Shown: piece by piece, positions 52,201 through 64,000 of the stretch
How the letters are laid out: the number at the start of each line of letters is the position of its first letter
Position numbering within the stretch: position 1 is the first letter of the stretch
DNA from: Tubiluchus corallicola
Taxonomy: Eukaryota; Animalia; Priapulida
Assembly (NCBI GenBank): GCA_030141605.1
Contig: JAQGDQ010000069.1
Coordinates: 129,126-193,125 of the forward strand
Direction of reading: 5' to 3'
DNA: 64,000 bases
Translations under genes and position numbers: made by a program
Notes under the pieces: generated by a model
What the model saw: only the letters and a program-made list of their open reading frames with translations
What the model was told of the DNA's origin: nothing
The model's database searches: none

Positions 52201-55200
52201 AACGTTACATTGGCAAATCTAACATTTCTAAATGCATTAGGACTAAAATATACTGATTTCATTTTGAAAGCATTAATTACAATATCATTATGTTTAGCAT
52301 ATTCTTCACAACAATCAAGCAATTATTGTAATGACTGTGTAGAGGGAGCAATTAAACACAGATCGTCAGCATAAAATAAGTGATTAATGGGTGTACCACT
52401 TAAACAACAAGAGGCAGGCTTCATAGTTGATAACTTTTTTCAAAGATCATTAATATATTGTGAATATATTAGGGGCGATAGGACACCACCTTGATGAACT
52501 TCATTACTGACAGAAAGATTTACCCCATTTTATGCTGATGCGCTGCGTGGCATGCCAAAATTTAAGTAATCCTAGTACAGGTGTCGGCAAATCCATACCT
52601 TCTAATCTTTGAAACAGGAGATGATTATTTACACTATCAAAAGCCTCGCTGGCATCTACGAAGCACACAAAGGCAGGACTAGCATGACTTTTGTACATAT
52701 GAAGGATTTCCTTTAGTGCATATATACACAGATTAGTTCCATGTTTCTTTTTAAAACCTTTAAATTGGCCATAAATTTCTTGACAATGACATGCTCAATA
52801 ACTTTACTACTTACAGCAGAGATAGCTATAGGTCTATAGTTACCACAGCTACAGTAGGCGCCGTTCTTAATAGACTCACTATGGGACTGAAGTGTTTTGA
52901 CCTAATTAACCGACTGAACCTATTAAACGATGGGTATAGTATTACTGTATACAAGTATGTGTCGTCAGTTTAAAAACATTTTAAAATATTAATTTATATA
53001 AGTAATTTACCAATAAATTAAAAAGTATATTTTTCTAAATCACGCAAGTCTGTTTATTCGCAAAAACAATGGAAATACGTCCAAGGTCGACTGATTAATT
53101 TTTTGTGACAAGATGGGTCAGAAAGTTCTCATAATCATAAAAACGTTTAACTGTTGTTGTATGATACACAAATATGTGCTTGAACTGTTGGTGGTGACCG
53201 TGTTTCCACTTGAGGCTTTGTTTGTAAGCTTCTGCTTGCTCTCGTGATGTACTATACTGTACCTGCATCCTTGGCATAACAGCAACAGCAAACTGATTAA
53301 ACTTTCTGGAAAAGACAGTCAGAGCTTCTAAAGCAAACCGCTAGGCAAGTGATTAAATCCTTAGCTTCCAGGAATTCTTGGGTAACGAAGTTAATTGTAG
53401 TGGACAGGCGGGTCAAAGCAAACCATTAGGCTAGAATATTAGCGTATGACAAACATTCCTGCTTACAAACAAAACGGTACTTAACATGATTGTTTCTATG
53501 TATATTATAAGACAAAAGCGAACTAAGATGATATAAAAGTCATAAAAGCTTATTAGTCACACGAAAGGGTCTTATTGAATTATGTGAAGCAAAAATATTA
53601 AGTCAATTATGCAGAGTTATTTGAGTCAATTATCCACAGTTTTTATGCAAATTTGAATAGACGCGACCCATACCATGTGTTTTTGAGTCAAATAAAAAAT
53701 TGAGTCTATTAATCGTGAGTCTATTAAGCGGCACCTACTGTAGTTTATATCCAAAGACTTGTTTTTAATAATAGGCATAATTACAGAATCAGTAAACGGC
53801 ATATAATGATGCTTGAATAAGGCAGTAAATAACAGGGCCAGTAAAACTTCTTATGCGCATACAACACGTGTTCGGAAGAAATACCATCAGCATCAGCAGC
53901 TTACGTCTTTTTAAATCATTGATTGCATTAGACACATCCCCAACAGAAATTGCAAAAGTTTGAATAGATTTATTAAACTGAGGGGCATTTAAGTCATTAA
54001 TAATGTTACTATTCTACGTGGAATTCAATAGGTTACTATAGTAGTCCCTCCACATGTTAGTGACTGTAGCTTCACCACGAGCAGTGCCAACTTGCACAGG
54101 TAACGATATTTATTGTCGTAGTGCTTTTTAAATTTGAAAAGACCTTTCATTTGAAAGACTATGAGCAAAATTGTCACACCGAGTTTTGTTTGCATTAGCC
54201 CGACAAAACGTCAAAGTAAGTTTAGTGTGCGCCAATCTTTTCGTTTTTTCAAATATGGCCCCATATCGAGGATAGTTTTGTTGTGTCCACAAAAGAAAAA
54301 TACATCTGGAGTAAGTATATTTTTGTTTTACAAACTCGTTCCAGCCTGGAACAGGTTGAAACTCATTGCAGTCCTTATTACTGTCATTAAAACATTTTTT
54401 CGTTGGAATACAATTGGCACTTGCAAGAAGCAGTGCGGAAATAATGGCAATACAAAACAAGCCTAGAATATTCTGATGAATATCTACATTATTACAGCAG
54501 CCATTGCACGCAATTACGTCATGGGGTATCACGACAGAATCCAAATTACAGCCAGATACATATGAAAAAGCTTGAGTTTGATTTTGGGTAGCCTTATCCC
54601 AATCTGCATGTTTAATATTAGAACGGTCACTAAGGCCATATACTACATCATTGCTGGTAAGAGGCACTACACCTGGATCATATGCAGAGAAAACAAGTTC
54701 CAAGTTTAGTACACAGATGACAGGAAAATGGTCATAATGCTAACATGTATAACAGGGGAAAAAACTAAGAGATGAGATCATCCTAATACAAGGGTTTTGC
54801 AAGCACGTAATGTCCTAGTCTAGTACTGCACAAACTCATTTTAACTTGTTAAAGTTAAAACAGGGTTCCCACAGAATTCTAAATAAATTTCTTTGACTTT
54901 TCCCTGACCAAATATTGATTTCCCATGACCAAGATAAACAGGAATTGCATTACCACTATACTTATTCAAACATTTTTGTGTATGGACGTTCACACATATA
55001 CTGATACATAATGTGTCAGCTAATCGTTATTCTTGGAACAGAAATCGAAACTGGGAGCCTGCCATAGCAAAATGTTATTAAACACGAATCACTGAAAAAT
55101 ATGTTTGGAAAAATATCGGTTCACAGTGATTATTTTTGAAGCCCCTTCCAATTTCCCTGACTTTCCAGGATTTTCCCTGCCTGTGGGAACTCTATAAAAG

Positions 55201-56659
55201 TTTTACATGTAGGCGTTCCGTACTACCATCTCTCATCTCCATCCCGTTCAGCCGTTTTACGATCACGTACCTTTTTGCAGGTACGAATCAGAAGCAAAAG
55301 AAAATTTACCCTTTAGCATTGCTTAGCATAGAATTAGACACAACAGCATTTGCTAGCAGGATAAGGTCGTTTGTGAATTCTTGTTGTTTATATTTAGCCT
55401 CGTCACTCTTGTCACCACCTCTAATAATATCAATATCATCAACTGTACAGAGTCCAAGAGAGGCAGTGACACTCAGTATACCTGTAATTATATTACTCTG
55501 TAAGGCTGTAGTGATTACAATAAAGCAGAACAATGCCAGTTAAATGAGAGCTGGAATGTTGTACAAAAATCACTTTTAATTATAAAACTGTGAACGTCAA
55601 CTACTAAAAACTATTTCTTGTATTAGAACGTACTTATCTGTAATAGTTGAATAAAAAATTGGGGAACAGTTTGATAAAAGAATAATCATCTTCCATAAAT
55701 TACACAGATAAAAATTATGCACTTGAATCACAAATGGAGTTTAGTTTGACAAAACATTTGTAAGATGGGTTAAATATACAAGTCAAAACTGCACTAATAA
55801 AATCTACAAAACTTCTGTCTTGCCATAGTAGTTAAAATTGTAATGATAACTAAAAATGAATGAGTTTCTTCGATTATTTTTTTGCGTATAATTTGAGGAA
55901 GTGAGGAAAATATATTATGCAGCTCTTTAGTCCTTACGTTCTATACGTGGATCATTCTTAGATCGCGGTGGAACTGGAGCAGTGTTCAATTGCTCTTCAA
56001 GGATAGGATCCAGCCTAAAATAAATTAAGACTGAAAAACCAGTAAACTGCAGGTAATTATAACTTAATTGCAATAATTAATAGTTGTTGCGAAGAAATTT
56101 AAAAATAGCCATAATACAATGGACCATGATGCAACAGAAATATTTAGAAACAGATAGATCACTGAAATATTTGAAAATAAGACCAAACCGTGATTAGGAA
56201 AAATAACTATATTGCACAACAGCACAAAAAATGCCAGGCATTGCAGGAAGCGGTTGCCAGTAATGACGACTTACTGAGTCAAAAGCCACTGCAAAAATTT
56301 AACTCGTGTCTCCCCCTGTTGATAAATTAGTGTCTCAAGAAATTCAGCATCATCACCATTCAGATCAATGAATGGACAATGAAGTTCCTAAAAAAATAAA
56401 GTATATCTAACAACTCAGATCAATTGGCCTATAATATATAGCTTACTAGAGTATAAAGACACACATTTGCAACAAAGTTACACAATTTAATTGACCAAAA
56501 TGAAAAGAAGTAACATAATTGAAATTTTAATTTTTATGAAGTCACGCTTAATTACTGTTTCAACAAGCCATCGTGCATCCAAACTTTCAAATACGTATGG
56601 TCAATGAAATACTTGACCCTTAAAGTCTGTAGGTAACTGTTCAGTATTTTCTCTGGCAT
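46280..56659 (-). CDS. HAUS7: HAUS augmin-like complex subunit 7, 9 exons, about 363 aa
   Basis: Phase-consistent exons 56659-56618, 56387-56275, 56014-55938, 55481-55310, 51404-51231, 50215-50119, 48366-48169, 47361-47262, 46398-46280 (1092 nt). Peptides ELHCPFID...ETRVKFLQWLL, LGLCTVDDIDIIRG and RLNFVLSEFKQLALNFNISYESELLLWCDREPPTISPLG align by memory with human HAUS7 (LNCPFLE...[60 protein letters not shown]). Exon 1 is the least certain (weak GTCAAG donor). Confidence 0.85.
51645..54830 (-). mobile_element. Decayed APE-RT non-LTR retrotransposon (clade unresolved, RTE-X or L2-like) in HAUS7 intron 4, split by a DNA transposon
   Basis: Motifs on the minus strand: DHFP (endonuclease end, about 54730), PGWNEFVK, NYRPIAI, CFVDASEAFDSV, QGGVLSP, HLFYADDL, LFKSYC. 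An A-rich (AAAT)n tail is at about 51645-51680. Multiple stops and frameshifts. Confidence 0.9.
52852..53740 (-). mobile_element. pogo/Tigger-like non-autonomous element, copy 2 (same family as 3588-4561, opposite orientation)
   Basis: Termini CAGTAGGCGCCGTTCTTAATAGACTCA / TGAGTCTATTAAGCGGCACCTACTG with TA on both flanks. Subterminal sequences match copy 1. It interrupts the LINE immediately before the NYRPI motif. Confidence 0.9.
54861..55194. mobile_element. hAT-like MITE with an apparent 5-bp TSD
   Basis: TIR CAGGGTTCCCACAG / CTGTGGGAACTCTA (12/14 match), subterminal TTCCCTGA repeats, and TAAAA on both flanks. Confidence 0.72.
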
Positions 56660-57217
56660 TGTCAACTTTTGCAACAAACTGTCAAATGGCAACGAGTGGC
56701 ACACGTCAACTAAATTTTGAAATCGTACCTAAGACACCGCAAGCAAGATATTATGTTTCTGTAAATACGAAAGATAAGATTGAAAAGTAAGAACATTGAG
56801 ATTTAAGTCAAACCTTTAATGCAGCTTTTATTCTATTCTTCATAAGTTCATTAAAGAATTATTATTCTTCATTATTATTAAAGAATGATATGCGGCGTTC
56901 ATGAATCAATAAACTAGCAAATAACGAAACAAAACTAAAATGCTCGTGAAAATGGCTTTTCCCTAAAGTCTTCGTAGGTGTGACATAAAAATTTAGCACT
57001 GGGAATAAAGCAAACTACTATTCCACTATTAACTTATTTGTTGAAACTAACGAATGAACTAAAAGAAAAATGCACAAAATTGCTTAAAAACAACGTTTGA
57101 AAAATACATCTGTCATATTCACAATGTGGCACATCTTTCAATTGCTCATTGCAGTGTCAGTGCAGTGTGCTTCTTCCAACGAACCTCACTGTTTACTGCC
57201 CACTGAATAGTGAATAC

Positions 57218-57640
57218 TAGGGATGAGCATCGAACGTTCGAGTTCGAACATTCGAATCGAATTCGAACGCTCGAATTCGATTCGAACGAGTTTTTTTAGT
57301 TCAAACTCGATTCGAATCCAAAACTATAGATTCGAACAATTCAGCACTTCAATCGCATATGTTCCTGATCACTAAAACGATTGAAACATCATGCAATTAG
57401 CATAATTTGGCTGTGATTTCTGCGCACAACTGTAAACAAATTACTAGTCGTTTTATTGCAGAACAAAATCTAGTGATATGCATGATCTTTGTAAGACTAA
57501 TTTTTACTGGTGGTTCGAAAACTTGTTCGAAAATCGTTCAATCTCAATTCGAATTCGAAACACTGAAGTTTGGTTCGATTCGAAAGTCACAAATTCGGTT
57601 CGATTCGAATTCGCTTTCTGACAGAGAATGCTCACCCCTA
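57218..57640. mobile_element. hAT-superfamily MITE rich in TTCGAA/TCGA subterminal motifs
   Basis: TIR TAGGGATGAGCAT / ATGCTCACCCCTA (12/13 match) and a perfect 8-bp TSD GTGAATAC (57210-57217, 57641-57648). Confidence 0.93.
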
Positions 57641-60444
57641 GTGAATACCCAGTGTCCAAGTCACGTAAAATGTAAAAACTCAAAACAGGAGAATGGTTTC
57701 TAGAAATAAGTTGGCTGCAGTATTCGTGGTACTTTGTAAATTTTGCCAGAATTTTACCAAAAAAGAAAAAAATTATAAATCAGGCATTCTTCCAACTGAT
57801 ATGAATTCAGTGTATCTCACGACAGTATTGGAAGTGATGCTGACAAGCCACTGCTCACTGATATGGCATTGTCTATTTTTTTACTGGATTACTGCCATGT
57901 GCTTACCTGTCTTGAGGGCAGCTTTCTTTTATTTTAGAATTATGCTTGCTTAGTAATAGACATGATGGGCGTAATGATGACAATGATGATCTTTTACTGC
58001 TAGTAACTTATCTAGTTTGTTACTCGTATTATGGCAAAAATGTTACTGAAAGCCTTTTAAAAGAGAAATGCGTTAATGTTAAGAGGTAAGAGCACGTTGG
58101 CTGCTTACCTATAACATACATGGTATATTATCATTCCACACGCCAGTAATTTTTGAATCAACATTAATTGTTTCGTCCTATTTTATTTTTGACATTGCAT
58201 AACGATAAAAATGGAGAACTAAAAAGTTTACAGTAACCTTGCTAAAAAGCTGTAAATGCATACAAGGCAATAAATCAATATTGCATATTATGAATTTATG
58301 GCTACACATATAGGTGTAATTTGTCAAAATAAAAGAATAACGTTTTTTTTAGTGTTTGCACCCGTAAGATGGAACAGAAGGTCAAGCTACAGGCGTTACT
58401 AAAAAAGCACACCTGTGGGCCTGGCTGAAGATGTTCAATCACGTGCCAGGGTCCTTACCCACTCAGAAGCTGCAGCGGTGACGTCACACTCATTCTACCA
58501 TTTGCAAACGTAATGTTAATTCTAACCATTGAGGGCCTTTTAAAGTATTTTTAGATTTATGGAGTAGTGCATGTTTTCTTTTTTTGGACCGTTTGATAGA
58601 GTCAAAAATACAGTACACGCAGTAACAGTAACTGGTTATTGTGCAACTGAAGAGAAACCCAAAATGATGTGTAATAGCGTAACAGGTACAGTCACAGGTA
58701 CCGCATTAATTATCGCAAATACAAGAAGTAGATATGACAACGGAATGTTCATCTCTAGATTTCTAGTACTGCGCATTATTTAAAGAGGCCTTTCCCTTAA
58801 TAACTACTGTTACTTTGCATTAATTAGGAGTTTAAGACACCACGAGAACCATGATTTCCGTGAAGTAACATAGTCACTAACAGCTTTAACTAATATCTTT
58901 ACGAAACGAGTTGGTCAGGTTGAACCGGTCCGAGGCAGCACATGAATTTGTTTCACCGGGGCTGGGAATAATGACATCGTCTACAAGGAATTCATTTTAC
59001 CTGTAGGCGTCTACACTAACTTGTTTACTTTTTTGAGCAATAAGTTTTTGCGAAGCGCCTCACGATGCGAAACAAAATAATGGAAAATTTTGACTGTTGT
59101 CACGGACAAGTAAATTACGAGTTCCTGGAACGTGCTTTGCATCATGAACATAAACAGTACTCTTACTGTATTACTGAATTACAAGTAACAGAATAAAATT
59201 AATGCGGTACTGCATACGCGTCTATGAACAAACTACAATCTAAAACCGAAACTCGATCGCACACTAAATGCGAAAGATTGTTATGGAAATAATAAAAACG
59301 AAAAAACACATTAATTATTTATGAAAAATGTGTCATAAGGGGTAAATAGATCAACCAATAACAAATTATTCTCTATGTGCGCGCATTCCATAGACAAGAC
59401 TTACGGCGACTGAATGAATACGTGTGAACAATAACTGATCCTTAACAGGCTCACTGCGTACTTACAACAGCAGCCTAAATGAAGAAACGTTTGGCAAGAT
59501 TAGCAAATGAATGGATGACCACAAGAAACATTGCTTCTAGGCTGTTTTTTGGCTGCCACACTGTCCTACTATTTATCTCGTCGAGGGAAGATTGATAAAC
59601 ACCTAACACAGCTAGCATACCTTCTAGTTGTAGAGTGCTGGACACCGATCGTAATGTGCCAAGCTATATAAAATAGGGCGTATGATAACAATCATGTATG
59701 GTATTAATAAAATTTTAAAATCATGACTTCGTTTAATGGAAGTGTTTGCATTTATAAGTAAATCTACTATTTTGCTGTTTCTTCTCTAAAAATTTTCAGT
59801 CCTTTCTATCATTTTTGTTACACTAATTTTCGTTTTGCAACACACTCATATCTTTACATGTGCTGTGTCCCGTTGCACATTCGCAATCAGCGTTATGTAA
59901 TAATTCAACATCATTGTGTGAAACGTTTGCACATCGCTTCGCATTATTTCATCATCATTCCAACGTTCACTCAGCATTGTGGAACAGGACGTGACTACTT
60001 GCCTAGTAAATTAGACTATTTACACAAATCCACGCACTTACAACGACATAATTATCAATACCTGACTTAGCGAGGTCAGATATCAAGCACGTTGTTAAAT
60101 TAGTACGCTTGCATAATTCTGCTATCTTGTCCGCAGCAATGTGAAAGGTCGTTCAATCAAGCACAGCCTTGATGCTTAATTCAACTAAGTAACGTTCAAT
60201 TCATCTAAGTAGGATTGCCACATGAATAAAACAAGGCTTGGTGATTACGTCTAAAGTGCATTTGACCTCTTGATACTTTCAATACTCACCAGGGACGAAA
60301 CGTTAAGACACGACTTCTAAACTTACTTGCTTCAGGCATAAAAACAGCACTATGCAATAAAATAGCTGCAATTTTCACCTTGTTTACAATAAAAAAAACT
60401 CTATAGACTTTGGTGCTGCTGAATTAATTAATATCAAAATAAAC

Positions 60445-60450
60445 TTTATT
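60445..60450 (-). terminator. Candidate polyadenylation signal of the BTG transcript
   Basis: AATAAA on the minus strand about 1.3 kb past the BTG stop, preceded by TGTA elements. Actual use is inferred. Confidence 0.45.
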
Positions 60451-61747
60451 CCACCTGTACATGTCGTATGGTACACAAAAAAAAATAGTCGAAGCCACTT
60501 AAAAAGCTGACTTCTTACTCACTATTTTTACAACTTATGTACAATGCTTTAAGAATGTTATCTCGTATGTACAGTAATGGAAAAATAAATGAATAAATGA
60601 CTATACAATAAAACTAAATTTACAAGAAAGCATGCATAATAATTGGATGACCCTTTTAACCTCCAGTATAACTTACTATTATACAGGTCTGCCGAAAATA
60701 AAAGATAAAAAAATTAATACAAACAAGAATATTAAGCAATCATTAACATACGACGCAATGTACATCACATATTTAGATAACTTAACCCCAATGACAGAAA
60801 TAGCATCAAAATTGCACAGAACTGACATTTAAAACATAAAAATATTAGTACATTTTAAAACCATAAATTAGAAGACATGACACCATAACATGGAAACTGA
60901 AGAATTATAAATGGCAAACAATATTAAGCAGTCATTAAAAACAAAATGCAGCATACATGTATTAAGTTAACTCTCAATAACTTGAATGGGTTAAATCTAA
61001 AAATATTGGTATGTTTTTAAAGCACAAATTATAGGATATGGCATCAGTAGTGAGACTAAAATGTCACATCACAGAAGTAAAGTCACCAAACACATTTAAA
61101 ACATTGTACAATTTAACTGAGCAATTTCGGTCATTAAAGGGTTAATCAGTCAGGCCATCATTGTTATGATTATGACTTACAAGCAGCTACAGTGAATCAC
61201 ATACCTTCACTAAATTGACCTTATCACCTTACGCAAACATCTAAAACTTCAAGAATGACAGATATTATTGGATATTATTAAAATGCAAATATACTACACA
61301 TCACAGAATCTAGGTTGGCTTGGGTCATAAAATTTACAGTCATCTGCTAAAAATTTCAGTACAGACTAATGATGATGATTGACAAGATGACTATTGACAA
61401 GATACATCTAGCAAGATTCTAACATCTAGACTAGACAAAAATATAATATTAATGTGTTGATGTATCAAAACATGGGCAGGTAGAATTAACACTTTCTGAT
61501 ATCACAGAAATAGTACAATTCTCCTACAAAAGCTTTTAAGCTAGCCCTGAGGACGCTGTCCTGTACAATCACAGTTTAATAGCCCAACAATGAAAGACCA
61601 ATTGATGATGTCGTAATACTTTTCAAAATGCTAGCTTATTAGATAGACGATATCAAAATCATAGTCCCTGAAAGCTCAAGTCCATTCACAAGTGAGATCT
61701 TAAATTCTCTGTGCAAGATAAAATCCAGGTTGGTCACAGTTAAAAGT

Positions 61748-62221
61748 TTAGCTGCTTACAAATGTTGCTATTTGTCCAAGTTTTTGAAATTCTAAAAAGG
61801 ACATTCCATGACTTTTATTACAAGATTTCTTTGATCGCTTTGACTTCTGAGGTTTGAACTCATACAAGACACAGATGCTACCATTTTCTCCAATTCTATA
61901 TGAAACCTCGCCTGGATCCACCCACATCGTCAACTCTTTGGGAAGGGAAGTGTATAAGAGATCTTCGTCTAGTCCACTCGCTGAACCAGCTTTGATTATA
62001 AGTGGATCAACCTTGTGATAAAGACGAACACAACGGTATCCGCTTCCCTTAAAAGGTGCTTCAGGAAACCAATGAGTCTTATAATGTGACATCATTACGT
62101 CCCGTAGATTTGCGCCGAACTTATCTAACGTTTCCACTGATATCGACGGATTTCCAGCTTTCAAAAGTTTTTTCACAAAGTCCACGGCTGATATCACTTC
62201 GTTTCTCATTAATGCCATCAT
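61748..62221 (-). CDS. BTG1/2: BTG/Tob antiproliferative protein, BTG1/BTG2 type, single coding exon, up to 157 aa
   Basis: Box A (HYKTHWFPEAPFKGSGYRCVR), Box B (LPKELTMWVDPGEVSYRIGE) and Box C (NGSICVLYE) lie in one uninterrupted ORF. The start could be M1, M2 or M5. Confidence 0.95.
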   Translation of the reverse strand: MMALMRNEVISAVDFVKKLLKAGNPSISVETLDKFGANLRDVMMSHYKTHWFPEAPFKGSGYRCVRLYHKVDPLIIKAGSASGLDEDLLYTSLPKELTMWVDPGEVSYRIGENGSICVLYEFKPQKSKRSKKSCNKSHGMSFLEFQKLGQIATFVSS

Positions 62222-62562
62222 TTTTACGTTCGAGGATTTGCAGCTGTTGTAAATAAACGTGAAAATGTTGTAGTATAACTCGTCAAAATCTTTCTACTGC
62301 GGTATTGCTCAATCACCAAAGCGAATTTCTTTGTCTCCAATCTGCTGTATTATTCAACCACTAAACCAGATATTCTCTCTGAACGTATATTTTCGTAATT
62401 AGTAGATCTTTAGCTTGAACTCGATCAAGTATAACTTCTGAAATTTTTCTTGCTTCGATCCGTTTTAACTGAATTTTAAACGAAAAATGAAGACGCCACA
62501 AATCTCTTTGGCTAATATCGACCACCTAGCAGAGCATTCTGGGAAAATATCGCCGTGTTAAA

Positions 62563-62730
62563 TGTACGTCACCAACTTCAACCAATGAAAACGCGTACGC
62601 AGCTCATTAATTATTTACTCACCCTTATTTGGAATGCCTACACATGCGTCATACTATGAAGTCATTTTGCAGTGAGTTCATTGGGTCTGGTGATGAATTA
62701 CCGTGAATTACCCTCAAGCAGCGTCAATAC
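62563..62730. promoter_or_regulatory. BTG upstream motif cluster: CArG box, CRE-like sites, CCAAT
   Basis: CCTTATTTGG at 62623-62632 fits CC(A/T)6GG. ACGTCA at about 62566, CCAAT at 62582, TGCGTCA at about 62645 and GCGTCA at about 62721. Confidence 0.5.
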
Positions 62731-64000
62731 ATGGAGAAATTATATGAGGTTGATCGAGACCTGAGAGTTTGAAACCAAACGAGAAAATCCACCTTTCTTT
62801 TCATCTGCACTATTACGTGCAATTATCAGTATACACATGTACTATGTATCTACATACAAATATGTAGTTATTACCACTTGTTGCTGTGCTGACAAATAAT
62901 CAGATAATTCAAATTCGCATTTAAATTGTTTCACTCTTCATGGATCACTCAGAATTGTATTTACATAATTATGTTTTCCCTTTTCAACTTTCACAGTTTT
63001 ATTGCTCTTGTGCCATTGCTGTTATTACATCCCCTTAGGTACATTATTAAGTTTTCTGTACACTTCTACAGAAGCATGTATAATTATAATAATTCTTCCT
63101 ACTACTGACCAAACGGTCGTACACTCTCCTCGCACTACTCAATTGTTTTATTTTGAATTTATTGATGTATCTGATGGCGTATTTTTGATGTGTGAAAATA
63201 AATTTACAGTCATAGTCACTCAACGTGAATATAAAATATGGGAAACAGAAACATAGGATTTTTTTCAAGTTTTCCTCGTTATTCGACCATGAAGATGCTT
63301 TGCCAAACGATATTATCGTTAATATAATCATGTATGTCAGAAAACCAAACTGAAATCACCGTAAGCTGACTAGTTCAGTATTTCTTACTTGTATTTCAGC
63401 GATTAAAATTGATGAACATTGCGCAGGTTTCTGTTATAATTGCAGATTTTTTTAGGAAAGTTATGAAGTGAAATATTTTGTTTGACACTATAAATCGAAG
63501 GTTTAAGAAAGCAAATTAATATACGTCATTATTATATTAAATAATGAAGATTCCCATTATATAGTACATATATGAAATTGTAATATTCTTGTTTATCGTT
63601 GTTAAGAAAGAATTGTGTTAAATGTGATAAACCGTGCGGGCCGGATGTAATATATTGAAACCGAGACATGTTTTGCAATTGGTCTTTGAATAGGCTCTAC
63701 ATTAGCTGGAAAACGGGCTTAGTTAATTTGTAGTTTGCGAAAGCAGTATACGTATGAACGATTAAAAGGCTACCGTTCAACTTCATTTCAGCGGGAATGC
63801 TGTACGATAGATGAATTTGCTCGATTTTATTGCCAAAACAAAAAAAAGGAGTTATATAGGCGGTTTTGAGCAGGGAATAATAATAATAATTATTATTATT
63901 GTTGTTTTCTTTTTAAGCAGACTGGATTGTAGATCTTTGACAATTCTAAATTTCCAGAGTTGCTTCACAGATCTCAACTGTGGATGGAGCTTCATGCAGT

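Overview
AT-rich, intron-rich animal genomic DNA. It is invertebrate-like, and the 5S-derived sequence looks lophotrochozoan-like from memory; the taxon is not established. Four intact protein genes can be spliced by hand: muskelin MKLN1 (+, 19 coding exons, about 728 aa), the bifunctional lysine-catabolic enzyme AASS (-, about 22 coding exons, convergent with MKLN1), augmin subunit HAUS7 (-, 9 exons, about 363 aa) and an intronless BTG1/2-type gene (-). Introns and intergenic DNA carry several transposon relics: two copies of one pogo/Tigger-like family, a larger Tigger-like shell, three hAT-type MITEs and four LINE fragments. There is also a SINE with a full-length 5S rRNA head. The most unusual signals are that 5S-headed SINE, a decayed spliced gene relic between it and HAUS7, a frame-preserving 294-nt candidate cassette exon in the last MKLN1 intron, an inverted pair of 50-bp inserts bracketing two MKLN1 exons, and motif clusters around BTG. 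No prokaryote-type system (CRISPR etc.) is present. All homology calls are from memory of the families, not database searches.
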